Source of the DNA: a virus
Taxonomy: Duplodnaviria; Caudoviricetes
DNA length: 64,000 nt
Strand: one strand, 5' to 3'
Virus record (IMG/VR): IMGVR_UViG_3300021411_000005
Span: 1 to 64,000 of that record
Shown here: positions 50,212 through 60,202 of the stretch, in pieces
How the letters are laid out: every line of letters begins with the position of its first letter
How positions within the stretch are numbered: the first letter of the stretch is position 1
Position numbers and translations under genes: made by a program
The notes under the pieces: generated by a model
Seen by the model: the letters and a program-made list of their open reading frames with translations, nothing else
What the model was told of the DNA's origin: nothing
Database searches by the model: none

Positions 50212-53101
50212 GCAGCTTCACCAGCACGGCCATCACGTACAGAAGGCGCACGGCCGCCGGACTGCGGAGCTGGCTGCCGACGGGAGCCACCTGAGCGGCT
50301 GCATGATCGCGCTCATGCCGGTCGCGGAGGACGCCAAGCGGCTGGCGCTGCGCGGCGGGGAGCGGGCGGCCGACCTCCACCTCACGCTGTTCTACGTCGG
50401 TCCGGACGCCGGAGCCTGGGACGACGACCAGCGCGGGGAACTGACCGCCGGTCTCCGCGGCCTGGTGACGTCGGCACCGTTCGGTTCGGCCAACATCACC
50501 GAAGCGAACATCTTCGGAGCAGCCCACTGGAATGCCGGAGGGGATGCGCCGTCCTGGGTGTGGTCCGTCGGGGACGGTCCGGACGGCCAGGACCCCCTGG
50601 AGCTGTTCCACACACTGGCTGTGGAGGCTCTGGAGTCCATGCACAGCCAGCCGGATATCCCGTCCCAGCACACACCCTGGGTCGCGCACATCTGTGCTGC
50701 ATACACCGATGATCTGTCGCTCCTGCCGGAGATGGAGAAGCGCCTGGGGCCGGTGACGTTCGACCGGATCCGGGTCTCCTTCGGGGACGCCGACACGGAC
50801 ATCCCGCTGAACCAGGACGTGGCGATGACCGCGGGCGCCCGGCCGTTCCGGCGCAGGCCCACGGAGACGGAGCTGGCAGCCACCACGGACTTCGCGCTGA
50901 TGGACTCCGCCTGGAAGACGGCCGTGGACGCCGTCACCGCGGCCTGGGGGCCGGTGCTGGAGGCCCAGCGGACGGAGCTGACCGGCCAGATCCGCACGGC
51001 GGTGGACAGCTACCGCCAGGGGGACCTTGCGGAGCTGTCGGTGAGCACCGCGGCGGCCACTGGGACACTGACCGAGCACATGGCGGCCTTCGCGCAGAAG
51101 GCCGGGGAACAGCAGCAGCGGGAGGCGGAGAACCAGGGGATCAAGGTCGGGGAATGGTCGCTGTCGGAAGACGCGCTCAGCGCGGCGGCGCTCCAGTCCT
51201 TCCTCCACCGGATCCGCTCCTTCGCCCGGGTCACCGCGGGTGCACTGGCGTCCCGGCTGTCCACGTCCGCATCCAGCCGCGCCGTGGTGCTGGCCTCCGG
51301 CACGGACGACGGGGAGTCCGTGGCGCGCCAGGTGGACGACGACCTGTCCGGCCGGTCCGACAGCTACGTCCGGGAGGAACTGGCGGGGGCCATGACCGCT
51401 GCGCAGAACTTCGGCCGCACGGCCGTGCTCCAGGCGGCCCCGCCGGGGCAGTATTTCGCTTCCGAACTGCTGGACAACAACACGTGCAAGCCGTGCGGCG
51501 CGATCGACGGGGAGGAGTTCGAGGATCTGTCAGCGGCGGATCTGGCCTACCCTGCCGGTGGATACGTCAACTGCCAGGGCGGCGGACGCTGCCGTGGATC
51601 CCTGATAACGATCTGGGGAGAGGCCACAACCGCCAGCGCGGTGGAGACCAAGGGAGAGACCATGGCAGGCACCGAACTGGGCGGCAAGCCCAACGAGGGA
51701 ACGAAGAAGGACAAGCGGCTGAAGGAGAACGGCAAGGCGGCCAAGACCACCGTGGAGGAGCACCCCTGGGACGGCGCAGCCACCCTGGGTGAAGCCGTGG
51801 AGCTGGCCCGCGCGGCGCTCCCGGTGGAATCCGTGGAGAATTTCGACGCTCCGGAGACCGTCACCACGGCTCCGTGGAAGGGCCCGCTGGCCATTGAGGG
51901 CACCACGACCGGCGACGGCCGGGAGTTCGCCAAGGACTCCCTGGTCTGGCGGGATCTGCCGGTGCCGCTGCGCTGGAACAAGGAAGACAGTCACGGCGGG
52001 GAGGCGCACACCGTGGCGGTCAACGTTGGCCGTATCGACCGGATTTACCGTGAGGGTGAGCTGGTCATGGGGGAGGGCGTCTTCAACCTGGCGGAGCCGG
52101 ACGGCCAGCGCGCCCACGACCTGGTGGCGGGCAAGTTCCTGCGCGGGGTCTCGATCGACGCGGACCAGATCACCGAAGCCGACGTGGAGTACGTCTGGCC
52201 CGAAGACATCTCCGACGGGGACATGGAGGACGACCCGCTGGCCATGCTGTTCGCGCAGCCGGAGAAGATCATTTTCCACGCCGGACGCATCTCCGCGGCC
52301 ACCCTGTGCGACATCCCGGCCTTCGCGGAGGCGTACGTGGCGCTGGTGGACGAAGAAGGCGCCGTAGTGGCGGGCGGAACCCCCGCCGGGGCGGACGGGA
52401 AGGTCCAGATCCGGGCGGAGCGCAAGCGCACCGTGGACGGCCTGACCGCGCACGGCGGACCGGAGTGGAAGCCCCCGGCGGCTTGGTTCGCGGACCCGAA
52501 GCTCTCGCTGCCGACCGGCATCACGGTGACGGACGACGGCCGGGTGTACGGCCACGCGGCCATGTGGGGCTCCTGCCACATCGGCCAGTCCGACGTCTGC
52601 GTCAGCCCGCCGCAGGAGGACGGTCACCCGTACTACATGACCGGGGAGGTGACCTGCGCGGAGGGCACCCGCCAGGCGGTCGGCCAGATCACGGTGGGCA
52701 CCGGCCACGCTCCGCTGCGCATGGGAGCGGTTCCCGCAACCGAGCACTACGAACACACCGGCCACGCGGTCGCTGATGTGGCGGTCGGCAACGACGCGCA
52801 CGGGATCTGGGTGGCGGGCGCCATCCGGCCGGGTGCGGATCCGCTGCTGGTGCACGAACTCCGTGCGTCCGGGCAGGTGTCCGGGGACTGGCGCCGGATC
52901 GGCTCCGCGCTGCGCATGGTCGGCCTTCTGGCTGTCAACGTGCCCGGCTTCCCGGTGCCGAAGATGGCCGCCCGGGTCGCCTCCGGGAGCCAGGAAGCGC
53001 TGGTGGCCGCCGGGCGGCCGACCGTGGCGCACGGCCAGACGTCCCAGGACGCGCTGCGCACCGTGATGACGGCCCTGTCGGGCCACGTGAAGGGGAGGTG
53101 A
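50192..53101 (+). CDS. 2H-phosphoesterase - MuF-like minor head - capsid maturation protease fusion (969 aa)
   Basis: LHLTLFY and WVAHICAAY (paired HxT/HxC motifs); LDNNTCKPC...CQGGGRCR (MuF); WKGPLAIEG..TGDGR and GDWR protease-type regions. Confidence 0.75.
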   Translation: MAVPRSEQLHQHGHHVQKAHGRRTAELAADGSHLSGCMIALMPVAEDAKRLALRGGERAADLHLTLFYVGPDAGAWDDDQRGELTAGLRGLVTSAPFGSANITEANIFGAAHWNAGGDAPSWVWSVGDGPDGQDPLELFHTLAVEALESMHSQPDIPSQHTPWVAHICAAYTDDLSLLPEMEKRLGPVTFDRIRVSFGDADTDIPLNQDVAMTAGARPFRRRPTETELAATTDFALMDSAWKTAVDAVTAAWGPVLEAQRTELTGQIRTAVDSYRQGDLAELSVSTAAATGTLTEHMAAFAQKAGEQQQREAENQGIKVGEWSLSEDALSAAALQSFLHRIRSFARVTAGALASRLSTSASSRAVVLASGTDDGESVARQVDDDLSGRSDSYVREELAGAMTAAQNFGRTAVLQAAPPGQYFASELLDNNTCKPCGAIDGEEFEDLSAADLAYPAGGYVNCQGGGRCRGSLITIWGEATTASAVETKGETMAGTELGGKPNEGTKKDKRLKENGKAAKTTVEEHPWDGAATLGEAVELARAALPVESVENFDAPETVTTAPWKGPLAIEGTTTGDGREFAKDSLVWRDLPVPLRWNKEDSHGGEAHTVAVNVGRIDRIYREGELVMGEGVFNLAEPDGQRAHDLVAGKFLRGVSIDADQITEADVEYVWPEDISDGDMEDDPLAMLFAQPEKIIFHAGRISAATLCDIPAFAEAYVALVDEEGAVVAGGTPAGADGKVQIRAERKRTVDGLTAHGGPEWKPPAAWFADPKLSLPTGITVTDDGRVYGHAAMWGSCHIGQSDVCVSPPQEDGHPYYMTGEVTCAEGTRQAVGQITVGTGHAPLRMGAVPATEHYEHTGHAVADVAVGNDAHGIWVAGAIRPGADPLLVHELRASGQVSGDWRRIGSALRMVGLLAVNVPGFPVPKMAARVASGSQEALVAAGRPTVAHGQTSQDALRTVMTALSGHVKGR

Positions 53102-53211
53102 CCACCGTGTTCCACCGGACGCAGTTCAGGACGGCGGACGGCGCTGCCGTACGCTGTTCCTGGTTCCAGTTCGGCAGCCTGATCCTCGGCTATCGGCAGA
53201 AGGAGGTCTGA
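53098..53211 (+). CDS. 37-aa small protein
   Basis: GTGA coupling; its 3' end contains the RBS of the next ORF. Confidence 0.45.
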   Translation: MTTVFHRTQFRTADGAAVRCSWFQFGSLILGYRQKEV

Positions 53212-53213
53212 CC

Positions 53214-53270
53214 ATGTGCGGATGCCAGCAGCAGCCCCCGCCCCCACCGCCCCCGGCACCGGCCGAGTGA
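53214..53270 (+). CDS. 18-aa MCGC-polyproline micropeptide
   Basis: AAGGAGG RBS; MCGCQQQPPPPPPPAPAE. Confidence 0.45.
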   Translation: MCGCQQQPPPPPPPAPAE

Positions 53271-53281
53271 CCCCCGGCAGC

Positions 53282-53312
53282 CAGCCCCCGCCCTACCCTC
53301 CGGCGGGGGCTG
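53282..53312. terminator. hairpin terminator between convergent genes
   Basis: CAGCCCCCGCC / GGCGGGGGCTG. Confidence 0.7.
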
Positions 53313-53319
53313 TGCTGTG

Positions 53320-53817
53320 TCAGGAGACAGGCCCGGTGAACACCGCGTCGTTGTGCCCGAAGTCCGGGCTCACCTCCACCTGGATTTCGTGCACCGCGGC
53401 CGGAACGGCGCAGGCGGCTTTGATGCGGTAGCTCTTCCCCGGGAGCAGGTGCCCGTTCGGCAGGTCCAGGCCGTCATCGAACACCCGCTCCGCCGGTCGG
53501 CCTCCGGCGGTGCAGTCGGCCGTCATCCACTCCAGGTCCACGCTCTGGCCGGAGCTGTTGGCCACGGAGACGAAGAAGCTGACGTACTCCGCGTCCGGCG
53601 GGCTGCCGGACTCCCCGGACTTCCCGCGGCCGAATCCGGCCAGCGACACCGACACCCCGTCCCCGTACGTCCAGGTGTCGCGGAGCGTCTTCGCGCCGTT
53701 CACCGTGACAGAGGCGGACGGCGCCGGGACGGGTACTGGATCGGCGTGGTGCCGGGCACCGCATCCGGCCGCGGCCAGTCCGATTACAGTCACTGCCATC
53801 ATTCGCATGGTTTTCAT
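53320..53817 (-). CDS. lipoprotein (DUF4352-like Ig fold), inverted within the head module
   Basis: Signal peptide with lipobox LAAAGC; VSFFVSVANSSG, LLPGKS. Confidence 0.75.
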   Translation of the reverse strand: MKTMRMMAVTVIGLAAAGCGARHHADPVPVPAPSASVTVNGAKTLRDTWTYGDGVSVSLAGFGRGKSGESGSPPDAEYVSFFVSVANSSGQSVDLEWMTADCTAGGRPAERVFDDGLDLPNGHLLPGKSYRIKAACAVPAAVHEIQVEVSPDFGHNDAVFTGPVS

Positions 53818-53934
53818 GGATCCTGACTTTACATTATTCGATTCGATAAACCATTTGATCTTTGGTTATCGAGAAACTGCCTGCTACCTTGACACCAAAC
53901 ATCATCTTCAGGGCCCCGTCAGCGGGAGGACACC

Positions 53935-55722
53935 GTGCCCGAACAGATCGAGAAGTCCGACAAGTTCCCCGCTCCGGACGACCTCACCACGGTCTCCGAC
54001 GCGGATCTCCAGGCTCTGGAGACGGAGGGCGTGGCCGAATTCGATCGGGTTCACGGTCTCCAGGAGTACGCTCCGGCCGATGTGGAGTACGCGCTCCGCC
54101 TGAGCACCGACCTGGACCGGATCAAGGCGGAGCTGTCCGCCCGGAAGGTCCGTGCCGAAACGGCAGCCGCGCAGGAGAAGGCGCGGGCGGACCGCCAGAT
54201 GGCGGAACTCCAGGAGCAGGTCCACGGCCCGGCCGCCGGTACGCCGGAAGCGCTGGCCGCGGAGGCCCAGATGGACGCCTCCCGGGTGGAACAGATCGTG
54301 GCCGCCGCATCCAAGGGCACGGCGGACGCACTGCTCCGGGTGATCGGCGACCGGACCGGCGGCAACACACTCAGCCGTGTCACCCGTACCGGTGTCGCGT
54401 CGCTCGGTGACACCGCAGCGGTCGCCCCGAAGCCGAAGGTCCCGGCCGCGCGGCTGGCCATCACCGCCAGCGCCAACGGACAGGACATCCCTTCGCTGGA
54501 CGCGCTGGCGAAGCTCTTCATCGAGCGGGCCCAGTCCGTACCGACCTCCCAGGCCGGGCGCCAGGCGGCGCGCTACCCGGTGGCGAAGATCCGCAACGAC
54601 TTCGCGCACACCGTGGACGAACGCACCAACCCGGGCGAGATCGAGGAACTGTGGCGGGAGATGGTCACCCCGGAGAGCGCCGGGGCTCTGGTGGCCGGTG
54701 GCGGCTGGTGTGCCCCGTCGGAGATCATGTACCAGTTCTTCAACGTGGCCGACATGGACGGCGCGATCGACCTTCCGACCGTCGGCGTGACCCGCGGCGG
54801 TATCCGGTTCCCGGTCTCCCCCGCCATCGGTGACGTGTTCTTCCAGTCCGCAGGCTCCAACCCGGCCTCCGGTTTCGGCGGCTTCGCGTTCCCCTTCAGC
54901 AACGCGTCCGACCCGTGGCTGTGGACCGAGACGGACGACATCCTGACCGTCACCGGCTCCGTCAACAAGCCGACTCTGCGCGTGCCCTGCGCCAGCTTCA
55001 ACGAAGCCAGGCTGGAGGCGTACGGCATCACGGTCACGGCGGGCAACCTGACCGACAACGCGTACCCCGAAGCCACCCAGAACTTCATCCGGCTCCTGCG
55101 CATGGCCTACGCGCACGCGATCAACGCGCGGCTGATCGGGCTCATGGACACCGCGGCGGGCGGCGCCAACACCATCGGTGCCATCACCACCGACCCGGCC
55201 GCCCCCCGCCTGTTCAATGCGGTGGAGCTGGCTGCGGTGGACTACCGCGCCCGGTACGCCATGAACACCAAGGCCGTGCTGGAAGTCGTCATGCCGTACT
55301 GGGTCAAGAGCGTGATCCGCTCCGACCTGGCGTACAAGACCGGCATCGACTCCACGGAGCTGTACGCCGTGCTGGACGCGCAGATTGACGCGTTCTTCAC
55401 CGCGCGCAACGTCCGGGTCCAGTGGGTCAACGACTATCAGGTCCGCGGAGCTTCCCAGCCCGGCAACGCCACGGTCCAGCTTGTCTGGCCGACCACGGTC
55501 AACTTCCTGGTCTACGCGGCCGGGACGTTCCTCCACGGGACCGGCCTCCAGCTTGACCTGGGTGTCGTCCGTGACTCCGTCCTGAACGCGGAGAACGACT
55601 TCACCGCGGCATGGGCGGAAGAGGCACACCTGATCGCCATGGTGGGTCACGCGGCGCGCAAGTACACGGTGGCCTTCCAGGTCAACGGCGCCAGCGGTGG
55701 CGGTACGGCTGCCCGTGTCTGA
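53935..55722 (+). CDS. major capsid protein with N-terminal coiled-coil scaffold region
   Basis: Coiled-coil N-terminus, LVAGGGWCAPSEIMY, LPTVGVTRGGIRF. Confidence 0.9.
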   Translation: MPEQIEKSDKFPAPDDLTTVSDADLQALETEGVAEFDRVHGLQEYAPADVEYALRLSTDLDRIKAELSARKVRAETAAAQEKARADRQMAELQEQVHGPAAGTPEALAAEAQMDASRVEQIVAAASKGTADALLRVIGDRTGGNTLSRVTRTGVASLGDTAAVAPKPKVPAARLAITASANGQDIPSLDALAKLFIERAQSVPTSQAGRQAARYPVAKIRNDFAHTVDERTNPGEIEELWREMVTPESAGALVAGGGWCAPSEIMYQFFNVADMDGAIDLPTVGVTRGGIRFPVSPAIGDVFFQSAGSNPASGFGGFAFPFSNASDPWLWTETDDILTVTGSVNKPTLRVPCASFNEARLEAYGITVTAGNLTDNAYPEATQNFIRLLRMAYAHAINARLIGLMDTAAGGANTIGAITTDPAAPRLFNAVELAAVDYRARYAMNTKAVLEVVMPYWVKSVIRSDLAYKTGIDSTELYAVLDAQIDAFFTARNVRVQWVNDYQVRGASQPGNATVQLVWPTTVNFLVYAAGTFLHGTGLQLDLGVVRDSVLNAENDFTAAWAEEAHLIAMVGHAARKYTVAFQVNGASGGGTAARV

Positions 55723-55754
55723 TCCGTCCATGACTTAGGCGAAAGGAGGCCCCG

Positions 55755-56036
55755 ATGTCCGCTTTCATCAGCTCGCAGGTCAGCGTGGCCGCCAGTACGC
55801 CCGTGAAGATCGTGGATGCTGACGACTTTGACCGGGTCGTTCTTGTGCTCGATCCGGTCACTGGGATGCGGCTGGCGTTCACTTCTGCGGGTGCATCGGC
55901 AGGGTTCCTGGTCCGGAATCTGGAGTCCGCGGGTGCTACGGCGAACCGGTTCGTTCTCCCGGCGGACCAGGAAGCATGGGTCTACAGCACTGCGGCCACG
56001 GTGACGGAAGTCTTCGTCACTACGATTGCGCGGTGA
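55755..56036 (+). CDS. small virion-associated protein (93 aa)
   Basis: GAAAGGAGG RBS; follows the capsid gene. Confidence 0.65.
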   Translation: MSAFISSQVSVAASTPVKIVDADDFDRVVLVLDPVTGMRLAFTSAGASAGFLVRNLESAGATANRFVLPADQEAWVYSTAATVTEVFVTTIAR

Positions 56037-56039
56037 GCC

Positions 56040-56954
56040 GTGGCCGGGATGCGTCAGGTCGTTGACGGGCCCAGCTTCGCGCCGCTCCCGTACGGGCTGT
56101 GGGAGGCGGTTCAGAAGCCGACTCCCACAGATTCGCACTGGCAGAACGGCATCACGTATTCGGAGTGGTGCGGCGGTGGCGGGACGCTGTACGACGAATG
56201 CATTGCGGTCACCGGGACGGGGGGCGCTCCGCCCCAGGCGGCCATGACCCCCAACATCACCCAGGACAACCGGGGCGCCACGGCCTTCACGGTGTATGCG
56301 GAGTTCGACTGCTCCCGGGTCGGCCTGGGCATCGGCGACGCTCAGCGGATCGCGCTGGAGGCGCTGGACCGGGTGGAGCCGTGGCAGGTGGAAGCGGCCT
56401 TCTGGACCGGCACGGCGGGCAAATCGGGGTCCACCCCCCAGACCACGGTCTTCCCCCACCTGGCCGCCAACGCCACTGTGGTGGACACGGTGGACAGCAT
56501 CACTCTCCAGTCCGCGGCCTCCGTCGTGGCGACCGGCGCCGGGGACGACGTGGTCATCACCCTGGGCCAGCTTGAGGGTGCGCTGGCCGACTGCTACCAC
56601 GGCAAGGGCCTGATCCATGTCCCGTACGAAGCCCTGGCCACCTTCATGGCCTGGGACCTGTTCGAGGCGGACGACACGGGCGCGCTCTTCAGCCCGGCCG
56701 GGCACCGCGTGGTGATCGGGTCCGGCTACCCCGGGACCGGGCCGGACGGCAGCGCAGCTCCGGCCGGGACGTCCTGGGTCTACGCGACCGGTGCCATGTT
56801 CGGCTACCGCAGCGACGTGCGCATTCCGCCGGAGGAAGTCCAGTCGTTCGACCGGGTGGAGAACACGGTGCGGATGATCGCTCAGCGGACCTATGTCCTG
56901 GGCTGGGAGTGCTGCCACTTCGCTGCCCGTGTCAATCTCGGCGTGCCTACGTAA
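56040..56954 (+). CDS. virion structural protein (minor capsid-type, 304 aa)
   Basis: APLPYGLWE..DSHWQNGI pattern; between capsid and tail tube genes. Confidence 0.65.
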   Translation: MAGMRQVVDGPSFAPLPYGLWEAVQKPTPTDSHWQNGITYSEWCGGGGTLYDECIAVTGTGGAPPQAAMTPNITQDNRGATAFTVYAEFDCSRVGLGIGDAQRIALEALDRVEPWQVEAAFWTGTAGKSGSTPQTTVFPHLAANATVVDTVDSITLQSAASVVATGAGDDVVITLGQLEGALADCYHGKGLIHVPYEALATFMAWDLFEADDTGALFSPAGHRVVIGSGYPGTGPDGSAAPAGTSWVYATGAMFGYRSDVRIPPEEVQSFDRVENTVRMIAQRTYVLGWECCHFAARVNLGVPT

Positions 56955-56968
56955 GGAGTTGAGACCCC

Positions 56969-57673
56969 ATGGCCACCACATCGAACTGTGCAACTCCGAT
57001 CAAGGGCACCATGTACCGCATGGTCAAGCTGGACGCCTGCGGCAACCCGGTGACCGGCGCTGCGTCGGTCCAGATCATCAGCAAGGGCTTCGTGCAGGTC
57101 CAGATGGAGCCGCAGTACGAAGACGGAACGGAGTTCTTCGAGCGGACCGCGGACGGTACCCCGTGCGTGAACCAGAAGGACGACCCGGTACTGAAGAGGT
57201 TCCAGCTCACGATCGACTTCTGCGAAGTCAACATCACCGGGGCCTCCTGGATGATGTCGGCGCGGGAGCTGGTGGTCACGAACACCGGCTACGGCTTCGC
57301 GGTCGCGGAGGGCCAGCCGACCAACCGGTACTCCCTGGAGGTCTGGCAGCAAGTCGCGGGATCCGGAGCGTGCGACGCGTCCGGAAACCAGCGGTACATC
57401 TACCACGCCTGGCCGAACTGCGGCGCTACGAAGATCGGCAGCTACACGGTGGAGAACGGGCGCGGCGTCCTTCAGCTCATGTCGGAGACCCGGGCCGGTT
57501 CGAGCGTGGCCACCATCGGATGGAACGACGGGCCCGGAACCGGGACCACGTGGCTGCCCGCCGGGGCCGCCAACGCGGTCGGCGGAGGCACAGGCGCCCT
57601 GGACCACTGGATGTGGAACATCACCACCACGGCCCCGCCTGCGGCGTCCTGCTCTCCGGTGACGCTGACGTGA
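56969..57673 (+). CDS. major tail protein
   Basis: RMVKLDACG.P, YEDGTEF...ADG..CV, YSLEVW, YHAWP. Confidence 0.8.
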   Translation: MATTSNCATPIKGTMYRMVKLDACGNPVTGAASVQIISKGFVQVQMEPQYEDGTEFFERTADGTPCVNQKDDPVLKRFQLTIDFCEVNITGASWMMSARELVVTNTGYGFAVAEGQPTNRYSLEVWQQVAGSGACDASGNQRYIYHAWPNCGATKIGSYTVENGRGVLQLMSETRAGSSVATIGWNDGPGTGTTWLPAGAANAVGGGTGALDHWMWNITTTAPPAASCSPVTLT

Positions 57674-57978
57674 CCATCATCCTGGAGCAGGCGGAACAGC
57701 ACTGGGAGTGCCCGGAGTGCACCGTTACGGCGGTCACCACCGGGCAGCCCAACCGCTTCCACGCCTGCTCCGGGATGGCCGGGCTCCTGGTGGCCATGGT
57801 CCCGGCCGGTACGAAGTGCAAGATGGAGGCCGTGGAGCGCCAGGACTGGGTGGGCGGGGAAGACGTCCAGCTCGATGGCAACGGGCGGCCGGTCATGGCC
57901 GTCATCACCACCCGGGACGACGGGACCGACTGCACGGTGTACGCACCGACCGCTTACGTGAGGGGTGATCCGCAGTGA
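57670..57978 (+). CDS. Cys-rich hypothetical protein (102 aa)
   Basis: WECPEC...FHAC..M.GL..AMV; GTGA coupling. Confidence 0.65.
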   Translation: MTIILEQAEQHWECPECTVTAVTTGQPNRFHACSGMAGLLVAMVPAGTKCKMEAVERQDWVGGEDVQLDGNGRPVMAVITTRDDGTDCTVYAPTAYVRGDPQ

Positions 57979-58490
57979 CCTGGAGCGCAAGCGCGATCTT
58001 CCGGGAGTGGCCGAAGTCGGTCATGGGCCAGGGCCAGACGGCTGCCGTCCTCCCCGCGGCCTACGGCGGCCTGGGTGCCGACACGGTCAAGGCCGCGCTG
58101 TTCGGCACCACGGCCTCCATGACCCCCGACAAGGACGCGTCCCTGGTCACCACCGGATACAACTCCGCCGCGTCCCAGTGGGTCGTGGCCAACGAGAAGA
58201 CCGGCTCCTCCGAATGGGTGGCGGGTGGCCGGACGCTGGCGTCCAAGACGCTAACGACCCCCTCCAGCGGCGTCTTCATGTTCGACGCGGCCGACCTGAC
58301 CGGCGCTGCGTCGATCACCATGTCCGGTGTGGCCGGGTGCCTGGTCTACGACAGCACCATCACCGCCGGGACCGGCGGAATCGCTGCCCAGGGCGTGTGC
58401 TTCAACTACTTCGGCGGGGACCAGTCGGTGACCGCCGGTACCTTCTCCGTCGTCTTCAACGCGAGCGGCGTCTTCCGGTTCACCGTATAG
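57975..58490 (+). CDS. virion structural protein (171 aa)
   Basis: DTVKAALF...GGRTL..KT...FDAADL; tail module position. Confidence 0.7.
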   Translation: MTWSASAIFREWPKSVMGQGQTAAVLPAAYGGLGADTVKAALFGTTASMTPDKDASLVTTGYNSAASQWVVANEKTGSSEWVAGGRTLASKTLTTPSSGVFMFDAADLTGAASITMSGVAGCLVYDSTITAGTGGIAAQGVCFNYFGGDQSVTAGTFSVVFNASGVFRFTV

Positions 58491-58502
58491 GGGTGATCCG
58501 CT

Positions 58503-59855
58503 GTGGCGGTCGCGTTCACGAAGAAGGCTTCCGGCCAGTCCGGAACCGCATCCACCACCATCACTCTCACGCTGGCATCTGCTCCGGCGGCCGGGAGTTT
58601 CCTGCTCTTCGCCATGGCCGGGGACAAGAACACCGGAGCCCTGACACTCAGCGGCTGGACGCAGCTCTTCACCCTGAACTCCACGTCGGTGTCCCTGTAC
58701 TTCTGGTACAAGGTCTCCGACGGGACCGAGACGGCCATCTCCCCGTCCTGGGCCAGCTCTTCGGCCACCGGCAATGCTGCCTGGTACGGAGAATTCGATG
58801 ACGCGTCCGTAGGCGGGAACACCTGGCAGATCTCCGGCCAGGCCAGCCACAATACGGATGAAACCAACGTCACCTCCTGGTCCACCGGGACTACCGGGAC
58901 CATCTCCGCGGCCGGGCTGGCCGTAGCCGTCATCACCATGGATTCCGCGGACTCCGTGGTGGACGGGACCACGGCGTGGACCAACAGCTTCGCCTCCCTG
59001 TTCACCACCCTGGCCAGCGCGGGCGCGCGCGGCGGTCTCCACATGGCCGACCTTCTGGTCAGCTCCGGCGGTACCACGGAGACCACCTTCAGCTTCACTG
59101 CGTCCACCACGCTGCGGGACCAGCTCTCCGGCGCCATCGCGGTCATCACCAAGGTGGCATCCGGGACCAGCGCGCCCGCCGGGCAGGGCGCGGCCACCGG
59201 AGCGGCCCAGGACGCCTCCGCCGCGCTGGCTGCGCTGCCGGATGCACCGGCCGCCGCGGGAGCTGCCCAGGACGCCTCCACGGCGCTGGCTGCGCTGCCG
59301 GACACTCCGTCGGCCGCGGGCTCCGCACTCGGTTCTGTTGCGGCTGTGTCGGCGCTGCCGGATGCACCGGCCGCCGCGGGAGCTGCCCAGGACGCCTCCA
59401 CGGCGGCCGGTGCGCTGCCCGGTGCCCCCACGGGCTCCGGCGCCGCGCAGGACGCCTCCGCCGCGCTGGCCGTACTGCCGGACACTCCGTCCGGCGCGGG
59501 CGCTGCGCTCGATGCCACCGCGGTGGCCGGGACACTGGCCCTGCCGGGAACCGCGGCCGGAACCGGCGCCGCGCAGGACGCCTCCACGGCACTGGCCGTA
59601 CTGCCGGACACCCCGTCGGCCGCGGGTACGGCGTACGGCGCCATCGGATCCAGCTCCACTACGGCGCTGGCCGGGCTGGCAGCCGGTACCGGCACGGCGT
59701 ACGGCGTGAACCAGGGAGCGCCCCAGACACCGCTCCGGGTCCGGGTGCACGGCCGGGAGCCGGTCGGCAGGGCCGGAGGAACGGAGCCGGTATCGTCGTG
59801 GTCGGGGAGAGAGCCCGCTGACCGGGCCTTCGGAGAGGAACTGGGGACGCCGTGA
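58503..59855 (+). CDS. Ala/Ser/Thr/Gly-rich virion protein with ~20-aa tandem repeats
   Basis: GAAQDAS(A/T)ALA(A/V)LPD(A/T)P(A/S)AA repeated about 7 times. Confidence 0.75.
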   Translation: MAVAFTKKASGQSGTASTTITLTLASAPAAGSFLLFAMAGDKNTGALTLSGWTQLFTLNSTSVSLYFWYKVSDGTETAISPSWASSSATGNAAWYGEFDDASVGGNTWQISGQASHNTDETNVTSWSTGTTGTISAAGLAVAVITMDSADSVVDGTTAWTNSFASLFTTLASAGARGGLHMADLLVSSGGTTETTFSFTASTTLRDQLSGAIAVITKVASGTSAPAGQGAATGAAQDASAALAALPDAPAAAGAAQDASTALAALPDTPSAAGSALGSVAAVSALPDAPAAAGAAQDASTAAGALPGAPTGSGAAQDASAALAVLPDTPSGAGAALDATAVAGTLALPGTAAGTGAAQDASTALAVLPDTPSAAGTAYGAIGSSSTTALAGLAAGTGTAYGVNQGAPQTPLRVRVHGREPVGRAGGTEPVSSWSGREPADRAFGEELGTP

Positions 59856-60190
59856 CGGCTGAACTGACGCTTGGCCCGTACGTGACCGGAGAGAAGCCTG
59901 CCCCGCTCCAGTACCAGTTCCAGGACAGCGACGGCGTGGCTATCGACCTGTCCGGCTACACCGTGGACTTCAACGTCTCGGAGCAGTACGGCGCGCCGTC
60001 CACTTTCACCGGCTCCCTGGTGACCGGCGGGACGACCGGCTGGGTCCAGTACACCTGGACCGGAAACGAGTGGCCGACGTCCGGCCGCTACTTCGCTCAG
60101 TTCTGGGTGGGGAACGGAACCAACCGGTTCGCGTCCCTGCGCATGGAATTCGACGTGGCCCAGCCGGTCGGCGTGGTCCCGAGCATCTGA
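59852..60190 (+). CDS. BppU-like Ig-fold structural protein
   Basis: IDLSGYTV.F, GWVQYTW, GRYFAQF.V. Confidence 0.65.
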   Translation: MTAELTLGPYVTGEKPAPLQYQFQDSDGVAIDLSGYTVDFNVSEQYGAPSTFTGSLVTGGTTGWVQYTWTGNEWPTSGRYFAQFWVGNGTNRFASLRMEFDVAQPVGVVPSI

Positions 60191-60202
60191 AAGGCGGGTC
60201 CG

